From a virus (taxonomy: Duplodnaviria; Heunggongvirae; Uroviricota; Caudoviricetes): a DNA stretch of 39,577 nt. The stretch lies in the IMG/VR virus record IMGVR_UViG_2529292882_000015, one strand, 5' to 3'. Numbering within the stretch: the stretch's first letter is position 1; each line of letters opens with the position of its first letter. Shown here piece after piece: positions 7,885-16,371 of the stretch. Both the position numbers and the translations under genes were made by a program. Under the pieces are notes generated by a model, which searched no databases, was not told the origin of the DNA, and saw only the letters and a program-made list of their open reading frames with translations.

Positions 7885-8046
7885 ATGAAAAAAGCATTTG
7901 CTGCACTGTTCGTTTTGTTGTCTCTGGTAGCTTCAACTCAGGCCTTTGCCGGTAGTTGTCAGCACGACAGCGACACTGCTGCTGACGGCTCCCGCTGCGG
8001 TGGGCGTTCTGCGGATTCCCGCCCTGGCGGCGGTGGTATTCGTTAA
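7885..8046 (+). CDS. Small secreted Cys-containing peptide (about 54 aa)
   Basis: Signal peptide MKKAFAALFVLLSLVASTQAFA, then a Gly/Ser/Asp-rich mature peptide with two Cys. RBS is weak, so the call is tentative. Confidence 0.4.
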   Translation: MKKAFAALFVLLSLVASTQAFAGSCQHDSDTAADGSRCGGRSADSRPGGGGIR

Positions 8047-8068
8047 AAACAAGGCCGCGAAAGCGGCC
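8043..8068 (-). terminator. Rho-independent terminator ending the minus-strand late segment (possibly bidirectional)
   Basis: GGCCGC-GAAA-GCGGCC with TTGTTTTTAA immediately 3' on the minus strand; lies just past the stop of the 8078-8374 gene. Confidence 0.5.
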
Positions 8069-8069
8069 T

Positions 8070-8081
8070 GTGACATGTCAC
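8070..8081. repeat. 12-bp perfect palindrome GTGACATGTCAC (copy 1 of 3)
   Basis: Exact palindrome; the TGA stop of the minus-strand gene 8078-8374 lies within it; adjacent to the 8043-8068 terminator. Confidence 0.7.
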
Positions 8082-8374
8082 GTTCCTTTTCTGAATGATA
8101 GCCGTTCGAAAAATGATGACATTCCACCGCAGACAATAGCAAAGATGATCCCACCAAAGAAGAGAAGGCCAGCCTGCCACCACTCCCACCGCCATACATC
8201 CACAGCGCCAACCATACCAACAATCGCTCCAACAAATGGAATATAGCTCACGATGAAAGCAATGGGGGCTGCAATTATCCAGTGCAATCCCCACCATGAT
8301 TCAAGCCCAGCCATAATTGCTGCCAACTGAAAAAGACCAACGACGATATAAACAATGAATCCTATAGCTTGCAT
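8078..8374 (-). CDS. Small Trp-rich multi-TM membrane protein
   Basis: 98 aa, about three TM helices, RBS AGGTGA; follows the last large ejection-protein gene. Confidence 0.5.
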   Translation of the reverse strand: MQAIGFIVYIVVGLFQLAAIMAGLESWWGLHWIIAAPIAFIVSYIPFVGAIVGMVGAVDVWRWEWWQAGLLFFGGIIFAIVCGGMSSFFERLSFRKGT

Positions 8375-8386
8375 GTAGTCACCTAT

Positions 8387-8560
8387 TTACCCAGTAAAAA
8401 TCAGAGGCCTCCCCTCAATAAGGCTTGCAACAAGAACTATTCCCTGTACAACAAAGATGAACCAGCAAATAGCTTGAGTCTGAGGGTTAAGAAAATATTT
8501 GTAGCGGTCAATAAATAACAACCCACCAGAAATTATCACACTCAAAATAATTAAAAACAC
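8387..8560 (-). CDS. Small hydrophobic membrane peptide (57 aa), not in the supplied ORF track
   Basis: GTG start with RBS AGGAAG; translation VFLIILSVIISGGLLFIDRYKYFLNPQTQAICWFIFVVQGIVLVASLIEGRPLIFTG, read by hand from the minus strand. Confidence 0.3.
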   Translation of the reverse strand: MFLIILSVIISGGLLFIDRYKYFLNPQTQAICWFIFVVQGIVLVASLIEGRPLIFTG

Positions 8561-8569
8561 AACACTTCC

Positions 8570-11044
8570 TTATTGCGGAGTGACATCCTGAGGTCGCCAC
8601 CAGTATGTCTGATTAAACTCTTTCTTCGAACGTTGCTCCATTTTACGCAAATAGCCTGGTGAAAAATACTCCTGCATCTGGTTAAAGATCATATGATCGA
8701 GAGCCGCCTTTAAGTACCAGAGATTCGCACCTGGCATCAAACCTTTCCCCAGCTTCACCAGATCACCACCAGTCTGCTCACTCTTCCCTTCCACAGCATT
8801 TAACGGTATGCCCTGAGCAATCTTCACTACGTCATCAACCAGACCAGCTACCGGGCCAAGCATCGACGCCAGTGCGCCGCTTCCGTACCTAGTGTGATCT
8901 GACAATAAAAAGTCACCGTAAAGGCCAAGACCACCACCTTTCAGTAGAGCACCAAGCCAGAATTTTGCGGCATCTTCTCCTGTCATCTCTCGAGGATTAC
9001 GACCAGACGCAAGGTCGTTAAGTTGCTGCGACAAAGCGCCAAGAATAGTCGTACTGGCAATAAACGTCGCAATATATGCCGCACGACCACCAGCAGACGG
9101 CATACCCATAGCGCGTGACCAGTGACGCATAACCACCGAGATAGGGAACGATTTAAACAGGAAAACACTTCTCGTTAATTCACCTTTCCATGTTCCACGC
9201 TGAATACCAGAACCGGTTATCAGTTGCTCACGTGCTCCCGGTGTAATAACAGCCATATCAACTTCTTCAGTTACGGCACCGAGCAGTTTACGCATTGCCT
9301 CAAATTTCACGCGTTCAGGCTCACCAAGATGTTTAACTGCTGAATCAGGGATACGCATAATGCTTTCCGGTGTCAGCATCGTATTATTGCCGTTCCCCCA
9401 GTCCTCCTGTTGCGCCAGCTTCCATACGCTCCAGTCTGTGTCAGTAATCCCTTTGCTTTTCAGGATGCGAAAATCAGAATCATCGAGGCTACGAAGGTCT
9501 GGTGTCCGTGACACTACTTCTCCCAGGCTTCCCATCATGGTTACGCCATAGGCGCGCTTGTGCGCATCTGACCATGCTGTAAGCCCACTGGCACGCATTA
9601 CCGCCGTTGCAGCCCAACGAGACACAGACGGCCCCATATTATCCATCGCCCAGCGGTTAACGCTGCCAAGTAGAGATTCCATCGCCAGACCAGCGCGGCG
9701 CGCCCGTGCAAGTTCTGTACGGTTCGTTGGGTCCATAGCTTCAAGCTGGTTGCGGAATAACTGGTTCATTGGAAGGTTGGTAACCTTCGCAGACAGATAC
9801 ATGGTTCCAAGATCAGAGAACGATGACAGCAACGCGGATCCGAGTCTGCTGGCAACCAACCAGTTGCGGATATTGTCAGACCATCGCGCGATGTGCGGAT
9901 TCGCTACAGGCTGTGTCTTTCCGGAAATAAAGTTGTACAGATTCTCTGTGTTGTTCGCCAGCCGCTCGACTTTACCGGTTTTACTCGGGTTAGCTGTTGC
10001 CGTTTCTGCCTTCACCTGATCAAGAAGAGAGCGGAAAACATGATCGGGGTTTGGGCCATATGTTTCCACCAGTGCAATATCTTTACTGATACCTTCAAGG
10101 TGACCGACCATGATTTCCCATAGAGAGCGATCGCCATAAAGTTGCTGATATTGCAGATAGGAATCTGCATCTTTGAAATGTATCTGTCGTGATGCATTAC
10201 CACGGTTAGCACGTGCGCCGGAAATTCGCATTCCGGTATCAGTAAGCTTATTCAGCCCACCAGTAGCGATCGTGTTATAAGCCTCTCCAAGAAATGCAGA
10301 CAACTCGGCATCGTTCATCAGTTGTCCATCGGCTCGGGTATAATATTTGCGATCCAGCTTACCTATAACATCGCTAACCCATTTATCTTTTGATACTGCC
10401 CCAACCTTTTCCATAGAATGATGTTGAGGGATCCCCCAGTTTTCGAGATAGCCAATGTCCCCACCAGCATCATTAAACCGGCGGCGAAGTAGATCTGTCA
10501 CTTCTCTCCACGCCTTAGCACCTTTTCTTGCTTTAGCATTGCCAGTATTTTGCCCTCGCATTTCATATACCAGGTCACGCACGCCCGCTTCATCTTCAAA
10601 CAGGCCAAAAAAGCGAGGATCAACTGCTTCAAATGCCTCCTGCAATTGACTCAATGCATAATCACGAGTGGCTTTTGTTCTGGATTCAACAGAGAGGAAA
10701 TTCGATTTACCGTCTGCATTAAAAGCAATAGTACGGTTAAGAGCGCCAAGTTTCCCATCAGCCCCTTGATAGCTATTGATAAATTTATCCAATCTCTGAC
10801 GTGCGGCTATAGTGAGGGCCACACGACGTTTCTTTAATGCCGCTTCTCGCTGTAATTCTTCAGATGCCAATTGTGCTGCACGATACAACCGTTCTGATTC
10901 GGAAAGTTGTCGCCACGACATCGGGTCATCACGAGCAATGGAGCGCATATTTCGATAAATGCGGTCTTCAATGTTCTGTATTTCTCGCGCCGTTAACGTG
11001 CGCTGCGCCGCCTGCTGGACCGCTTGTATACATTCCTGTCTCAT
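8570..11044 (-). CDS. Large internal virion/DNA-ejection protein (T7 gp16-like position)
   Basis: 824-aa ORF, last of three consecutive large genes downstream of the tubular-tail genes, matching T7-type core-protein order. Confidence 0.65.
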   Translation of the reverse strand: MRQECIQAVQQAAQRTLTAREIQNIEDRIYRNMRSIARDDPMSWRQLSESERLYRAAQLASEELQREAALKKRRVALTIAARQRLDKFINSYQGADGKLGALNRTIAFNADGKSNFLSVESRTKATRDYALSQLQEAFEAVDPRFFGLFEDEAGVRDLVYEMRGQNTGNAKARKGAKAWREVTDLLRRRFNDAGGDIGYLENWGIPQHHSMEKVGAVSKDKWVSDVIGKLDRKYYTRADGQLMNDAELSAFLGEAYNTIATGGLNKLTDTGMRISGARANRGNASRQIHFKDADSYLQYQQLYGDRSLWEIMVGHLEGISKDIALVETYGPNPDHVFRSLLDQVKAETATANPSKTGKVERLANNTENLYNFISGKTQPVANPHIARWSDNIRNWLVASRLGSALLSSFSDLGTMYLSAKVTNLPMNQLFRNQLEAMDPTNRTELARARRAGLAMESLLGSVNRWAMDNMGPSVSRWAATAVMRASGLTAWSDAHKRAYGVTMMGSLGEVVSRTPDLRSLDDSDFRILKSKGITDTDWSVWKLAQQEDWGNGNNTMLTPESIMRIPDSAVKHLGEPERVKFEAMRKLLGAVTEEVDMAVITPGAREQLITGSGIQRGTWKGELTRSVFLFKSFPISVVMRHWSRAMGMPSAGGRAAYIATFIASTTILGALSQQLNDLASGRNPREMTGEDAAKFWLGALLKGGGLGLYGDFLLSDHTRYGSGALASMLGPVAGLVDDVVKIAQGIPLNAVEGKSEQTGGDLVKLGKGLMPGANLWYLKAALDHMIFNQMQEYFSPGYLRKMEQRSKKEFNQTYWWRPQDVTPQ

Positions 11045-11049
11045 TTAAT

Positions 11050-12852
11050 TTAACCTCTCAAGAAACACGCCACAGCAACATCAAACAGGCTGGAATCCTG
11101 TATTGCCTGCTCACTTTCCCTGTTCGCTTCATCCAGTACTTCACGCGCACTGCGCGATTGTGGATTACCATCATCATCCAGCACGGTGATTATCATGTCC
11201 GGAGATTCAAGCAGCGAGTCTTCAGCTATACGCAGATCAATATCTCCTGCCGGATCTGCCATCATTTTTTGTTCTGTCTGTTGCAATATCTTACCGGGCT
11301 CAAAAGGAGCTACTTCGTCTGGCGTCCTGACCTCTGCTGTTTTATAGAATGAAACAGCCTGAGCATTAAGTTCACTTTCTGCCTGCTGTCGCCGTGCCAG
11401 TTCTGCTCGAGCTTCAAAAAACTGACCTCCAGGCTCGTGCGGCGCCAACGCGTTACGGGAAAATTCCAGGCGTTCTTGTGCCTGCCGGATTCGTTGGTCA
11501 ATATCGCGAATTCTGGCCTGTTTATCTGATCGAGCACGAGACAAAGCTTTACCGCTACCAGTTGGCTCTTCTGCAAGAATTTGTGCGCGCTGTTCAGTGA
11601 GATTGTCGATAATTCGTTGGCTATTAGCGATTTCAGACTGGTAAACCTGTCTATCGCCACGCGGCAAAAGCTGCGCAGCCTGTTCTTCAAGCAACCGATT
11701 TTCGATAGCGCGCGCCGTTACTCCATCATCTACAGATGACAGAGCCTCATTAACTGCCTGAGACAGCAGATTCTTGCGCCCAGGAATTTCACTGAAAGAT
11801 GCAGACTCAACAATGCTGGCAACGTCTACAGGTCTCCCCTGGCTAACATCAGACATAGCTTTTCGCAGAGCCTGAATGTGAGAATTGCGCGAAAGCACGT
11901 TGATCGGCACGCCGGGAGCAATATCAATTTCAGCATGATGAGCGGCATTCGCCGCCAGTGCAGCATCGATATCAACTGGTGAAAAGTTTGGTGCGTTTGT
12001 AGACTCGCCGCGAGAGTTAATAAATCTGCCGACTCCACCAAAAGCCACCCCAAGAACAGCATCAATAGCAATTGCCTGTCGATCCAACACATCATACTGG
12101 TTAGCCATTTCGCTATAGCCACCATCACGAAGCGTTTTTGCAGTAAGCCCGCGCTGTGCCATACCGAACGCAATATTTGTACCTGCGGCATAGGCAATAT
12201 CTGGCGTTGCACGTACTGCTGTTGCCGCGGCGCGTCGCACTGAACTTTCACCCGTCCGCGCAAGCTGAGCCGCCACACCTTCCGCTAGCGCACCACCAGC
12301 ACGTAACCCGAGACTCATAGGGATCAGTGTTCCGGCACCAGCAGTAATACCCTGCACTAATCCCGCTTCCTGCGCCGTCCTGAAATCAACCCCCTGCGCT
12401 GTCAGTCGTTCAAACTCAGAAAAACCCTGTAGCGAAGTTACCGCCGCAGCACCTCCGACCGGACCACCGAGCGTTGTACCGACAACAGCCTGCCCGCCCA
12501 TATCGAACAACCCATAAAGAACCTGCCCTGCGGTTCCGGTTGTCGCGGCATCAGGCGTCAGCCGCTTAACCTGCTGCTCTGCTAGTTTTCTCTGCTCGGC
12601 AATGTATGAAACTGAAGTGTCATTGAGCGAGGTGTTTTCGTTAACAAACTGAGCAATCGGGGATACGATTTTATCCATCCCTGCCCATAGCAACTGATCT
12701 GGCTTTGCCACCAGCCCGGAGTACAAACCAGACAATGCCGCTCCTACAGCATTGTCGAAAAAACCAACATCGCTGTTAAAGCCAGCTGGATTTGATGCTG
12801 CTTCGTCAAGCTGCTGATTCTGGTTTACTGGATTAAGGCCAAAGTAACTCAT
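11050..12852 (-). CDS. Internal virion/ejection protein
   Basis: 600-aa ORF, Ala/Gly-rich N-terminal part and a charged coiled-coil region; translationally coupled to the upstream gene. Confidence 0.65.
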   Translation of the reverse strand: MSYFGLNPVNQNQQLDEAASNPAGFNSDVGFFDNAVGAALSGLYSGLVAKPDQLLWAGMDKIVSPIAQFVNENTSLNDTSVSYIAEQRKLAEQQVKRLTPDAATTGTAGQVLYGLFDMGGQAVVGTTLGGPVGGAAAVTSLQGFSEFERLTAQGVDFRTAQEAGLVQGITAGAGTLIPMSLGLRAGGALAEGVAAQLARTGESSVRRAAATAVRATPDIAYAAGTNIAFGMAQRGLTAKTLRDGGYSEMANQYDVLDRQAIAIDAVLGVAFGGVGRFINSRGESTNAPNFSPVDIDAALAANAAHHAEIDIAPGVPINVLSRNSHIQALRKAMSDVSQGRPVDVASIVESASFSEIPGRKNLLSQAVNEALSSVDDGVTARAIENRLLEEQAAQLLPRGDRQVYQSEIANSQRIIDNLTEQRAQILAEEPTGSGKALSRARSDKQARIRDIDQRIRQAQERLEFSRNALAPHEPGGQFFEARAELARRQQAESELNAQAVSFYKTAEVRTPDEVAPFEPGKILQQTEQKMMADPAGDIDLRIAEDSLLESPDMIITVLDDDGNPQSRSAREVLDEANRESEQAIQDSSLFDVAVACFLRG

Positions 12853-15362
12853 TGCGGAATATCTCCGGAGAATCTCTGACGCTTCTGTGTCAGATCAAGA
12901 ACAACAGGAGAACCATCATCCTTCAGCAGATATCCAGTCCCAAGTTTTACCAGGTACTGACTATCGCCGTAACTTTGCAAACCATACTGACCAGGCGGTG
13001 TTTTTATCCCTGTGCCGACAACTTGTTCATTCCAAGCCTGATTAACCTGCTTATCGAATTGCTCTGCAGACATTCCCCACGGCAAAAGAACATTCCCCAT
13101 TCCGTTATAGTCATGCACGCCACCTGTAGCTACGTTAACAGCCTGTTTCCAGATATCATTGTCAATTTCGCCTGATACCACGCCTTTTTTCGCCATCACA
13201 CCAGCGTAATAGTCCTTTGCGATCTCGTATGCCATTGATGCCCCCTGAGCATCACCAGCAAATGCATCCTTCACCATGTCAGAAAACTCAAGGCGAAGAT
13301 CAGCATCTTTAGGCATCGGAATACCTTTCGCATCATCAGTACCTTTACGAGCCGCCGCGCCAGCAAGAATTGTCTGCGCAGCGGTTTCAGGAGACACGGA
13401 AACATCCGGATTAAACCAGTTTTTTTCTGCCAAAATACTACCAGGCTTATCCATCAGTATCCCGGCAACGGCAGCAGATGGAGCGTTGGCACTGATCTGC
13501 TGTAGTGCTGACATATACACCTGCCCACCGCCAGTGCTTTGCCTGATGGTATCGAGATATGCTGCCTGTTGGGAAACGGGCGCATCACGAAAGAAAACAC
13601 CGATCTGATTGGCCTCGTCTTTGGAAAAGAACGTCAGTGGAGTGCCATATGACTTGGCAAGGTCACTGACCTGAGCGGCACGCAAGGCAACGCTCTGTCC
13701 AAAGTTATCCTTATTGCTCATGTCGATAGGCTTTGCCTGTCCGGCGGCAAGAGAGAACTGCACAGGATCCGATTGCCGCTGCTTTATCACCTGATTTGCA
13801 GCCGAAACAACGTTGTCATAAAGAGCTGCGCGTGCCGCATACCCCTCCCCTGTCTCACCAGTATCCGGGCGTAATTGCTCAACATATGCTGTAATGCTGC
13901 TTGTCGGCATGTTGCGGAAAGAACCTATATACTGTCCGGCGATCTGCGTATTCTTAAACTCGGTATATCGCAGGTTTCCTTCTCTGACACCATAAGCTGC
14001 AATAAAATCATCCTCACCAGGTGGGTTAGGAAATTCAACGCCACGCATATACGCAGCTGTCGCATCACGAACCTGGCTGTCAATCATCGTTTTATATTCA
14101 GCCTGCTGCTGCCGACGCAGTTGATCCGCCTGTCGCATAAAACTTGCCTGAGCCTCAGGAGATGCCGCATCGAATGCTGCATTACCGGTATAGCGTTTGG
14201 TGTTGGTTGGAATTGTTGATAAACCAAGTGCTGCACTGACACCAGCAGTTAACTGCTGATCACTGTATGGCTGACTACCGTTCTCATGATGGATAATGGC
14301 TGCACAAAGCGCCTTCAGGGTATCAGGATTTGATGCATCGAGAGGCTCATCAGCAGAAACGCCAAGTTGTTCGCACACTGCTTTGATATACGACATAGTG
14401 TCATTTTTATCAGTAGGCGGTGCCCAGCGATTAATTATCTCGCTGACGGTATCGATACCCTGCCGCTGATACGACATCAGGTTACGCCCTAATGCACGAA
14501 TCCCGTGCTCAGGTGTTTCGAATTTAGCAAATCGACCATCATCACCGGTCTGGCCTACCCACGGATTAGTTTTGCTGTATTCGAGATTTCCTGGGTTATT
14601 GTTGCGTATGCCACGGGCACGCTCGGAAGAGTCATTATCTGCTACAGCACGGCGAGCTCCAGCAGCAGTATCACTTAACTCGCCATTACTTTGGATGAAT
14701 GCGGTCGCATTGTTTGCCGACCACTGGGACAATGCGGCATCAGCAACCTTCTCTTTAAACTCGATTTTCTTGGCCTGTATTTGCTCGTCGCTCCAGCCAT
14801 GCGCAACGCCGTAATCCTCAATTTGCTGGAAAGTTTGCTTATTAGCCAATACGTATGCGGCGTTGTCGCCATACAATGCTGCGGCATTTTTACCATTGTT
14901 CAGCAGCGTCGCCTGAAACTGGCCTTCTTCGTAGGCATTTATTTGCCCTATCTCGTGCCGCCCGGCCTGCGCAGTGAACTGAATACGCTGCTGCTGCGCC
15001 TGTTGCATGAAAGCATTACGGGCCTGTTCATCCGGCAGCGACATAGCCAGTTGTTCGATCTGAGCATCAAACTGCTGCGTATACTCCTGACCTTTTCCAA
15101 TAGCATTTTTCCCTTTCAGGTTAAGCAAACCTGTTTCAGGGTTATTCAACAGATCGCTGCTTATCTGGCTTAAGCTAAGAGAAGCATCCTGAGCCATAGC
15201 AACATTCGCACGCTGTTTTGCCTGCGCAACAATACCTGCATATTGCTCTGCAACATCGCCAAGTACATCACCGACATTTGGTGTCTGAAACGATGAGAAT
15301 CCCTGAGTCGAAATCCCTCTGCTCTGAACCTGACGGCCCGATGTTGTTGGTACAACTGGCAT
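12849..15362 (-). CDS. Internal virion/ejection protein (T7 gp15-like position)
   Basis: Start placed at the ATG at 15362 (MPVVPTTSGRQ) with RBS GGAGG 7 nt upstream, overlapping the upstream stop (TAATG). Contains a GIRNNNPGNLEY segment that may belong to a cell-wall-degrading domain (unverified). Confidence 0.65.
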   Translation of the reverse strand: MPVVPTTSGRQVQSRGISTQGFSSFQTPNVGDVLGDVAEQYAGIVAQAKQRANVAMAQDASLSLSQISSDLLNNPETGLLNLKGKNAIGKGQEYTQQFDAQIEQLAMSLPDEQARNAFMQQAQQQRIQFTAQAGRHEIGQINAYEEGQFQATLLNNGKNAAALYGDNAAYVLANKQTFQQIEDYGVAHGWSDEQIQAKKIEFKEKVADAALSQWSANNATAFIQSNGELSDTAAGARRAVADNDSSERARGIRNNNPGNLEYSKTNPWVGQTGDDGRFAKFETPEHGIRALGRNLMSYQRQGIDTVSEIINRWAPPTDKNDTMSYIKAVCEQLGVSADEPLDASNPDTLKALCAAIIHHENGSQPYSDQQLTAGVSAALGLSTIPTNTKRYTGNAAFDAASPEAQASFMRQADQLRRQQQAEYKTMIDSQVRDATAAYMRGVEFPNPPGEDDFIAAYGVREGNLRYTEFKNTQIAGQYIGSFRNMPTSSITAYVEQLRPDTGETGEGYAARAALYDNVVSAANQVIKQRQSDPVQFSLAAGQAKPIDMSNKDNFGQSVALRAAQVSDLAKSYGTPLTFFSKDEANQIGVFFRDAPVSQQAAYLDTIRQSTGGGQVYMSALQQISANAPSAAVAGILMDKPGSILAEKNWFNPDVSVSPETAAQTILAGAAARKGTDDAKGIPMPKDADLRLEFSDMVKDAFAGDAQGASMAYEIAKDYYAGVMAKKGVVSGEIDNDIWKQAVNVATGGVHDYNGMGNVLLPWGMSAEQFDKQVNQAWNEQVVGTGIKTPPGQYGLQSYGDSQYLVKLGTGYLLKDDGSPVVLDLTQKRQRFSGDIPQ

Positions 15363-15907
15363 TATAATCCTCCGGGTAATCTGGTTCCTGCTGCTGCCCC
15401 GATTGACGCAGGAGTGCTTTGAGTAAACGGACTCCACGTCCCACCAAACATCTGGTACGCACCGTATGCCTTCAGAGGCGCAGTGAGCAATGTTGTTGCT
15501 GCTCCCACATTCCCCTGTTTACGGGCTGAACTGGCTTCTGCTTTATAGTTGGCAGCCTGAACCTGATAACCGTAAGCCTCGCGTTGCGCGTTATTCACCG
15601 TCGTCAGCGAATCAAGAGCGCCAAACTGGGCAGTGTCGCCAAATATATCCAGCGCGTTACCTGTAGATAAATCAGCGCCGGTAGCCCCCATTGTCGCCGC
15701 CTGTGTACCAAGCCGCTGTCGGGTCTCTCTGCGCCGTTGCTCAGCTTCAGCGTTACCTCTGTTTATTGCATCATTTGCCTGAGCTGTGGCTATATCTGCG
15801 TTCGCTTCTGCAACCTTCGAGGCATACTTTCCCTGTTGGTACTGGGTGTATGCCTGAATGCCACTCATGGCGAGCATTGCGCCACCAGCAATAACCGGAT
15901 CGCACAT
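15362..15907 (-). CDS. Internal virion protein (T7 gp14-like position)
   Basis: 181-aa Ala/Gln-rich protein between the tubular-tail genes and the large core proteins. Confidence 0.55.
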   Translation of the reverse strand: MCDPVIAGGAMLAMSGIQAYTQYQQGKYASKVAEANADIATAQANDAINRGNAEAEQRRRETRQRLGTQAATMGATGADLSTGNALDIFGDTAQFGALDSLTTVNNAQREAYGYQVQAANYKAEASSARKQGNVGAATTLLTAPLKAYGAYQMFGGTWSPFTQSTPASIGAAAGTRLPGGL

Positions 15908-16371
15908 TATTTTCTCTCCATGTGAAATCTGTGGAAATTAAGACCAAGAGCACCATAAGGCGCGGCTTCTTCAAGCCTGAATCCAAGCCAGTGCAGCCAT
16001 GCTTTGGCAACATGGTTTCGCTCGTCGACGTAGTTTTCCAGGCGCGGATAAACTGCCAGCATCAGCTGCAATACAGGGCGGCAGTGGCGAAGAAATGTCT
16101 TCTGATATTTTTCAATACGGCTGGTTCCGACCAGCCAGGGTGTACCATTGCCACCGATCATTGACGCCGGAGATACACCAAACATGGTTACCAGTTCTCC
16201 GTTCGCGAACCCTGACCAGGCCATAGTCGCAGTGCGAAGACCAACACGCAGCGCATCTTCGGTAGTCATCAGTGATACCGCATACAGTTCGTCAATATCA
16301 GCCTGACGAACATCCGGCAAAATCATCTGAAAATGCTCTTCGGTAGCGGGAATAATTTGAACGTCGATCAT
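15907..16371 (-). CDS. Virion-associated protein (T7 gp13-like position)
   Basis: 154-aa ORF, translationally coupled to both neighbours. Confidence 0.5.
   Translation of the reverse strand: MIDVQIIPATEEHFQMILPDVRQADIDELYAVSLMTTEDALRVGLRTATMAWSGFANGELVTMFGVSPASMIGGNGTPWLVGTSRIEKYQKTFLRHCRPVLQLMLAVYPRLENYVDERNHVAKAWLHWLGFRLEEAAPYGALGLNFHRFHMERK

Noticed and set aside
9360-15173. Numerous short ORFs on both strands inside the three large ejection-protein genes
   Set aside because: Embedded in or antisense to long ORFs with continuous coding signal; no independent start signals.
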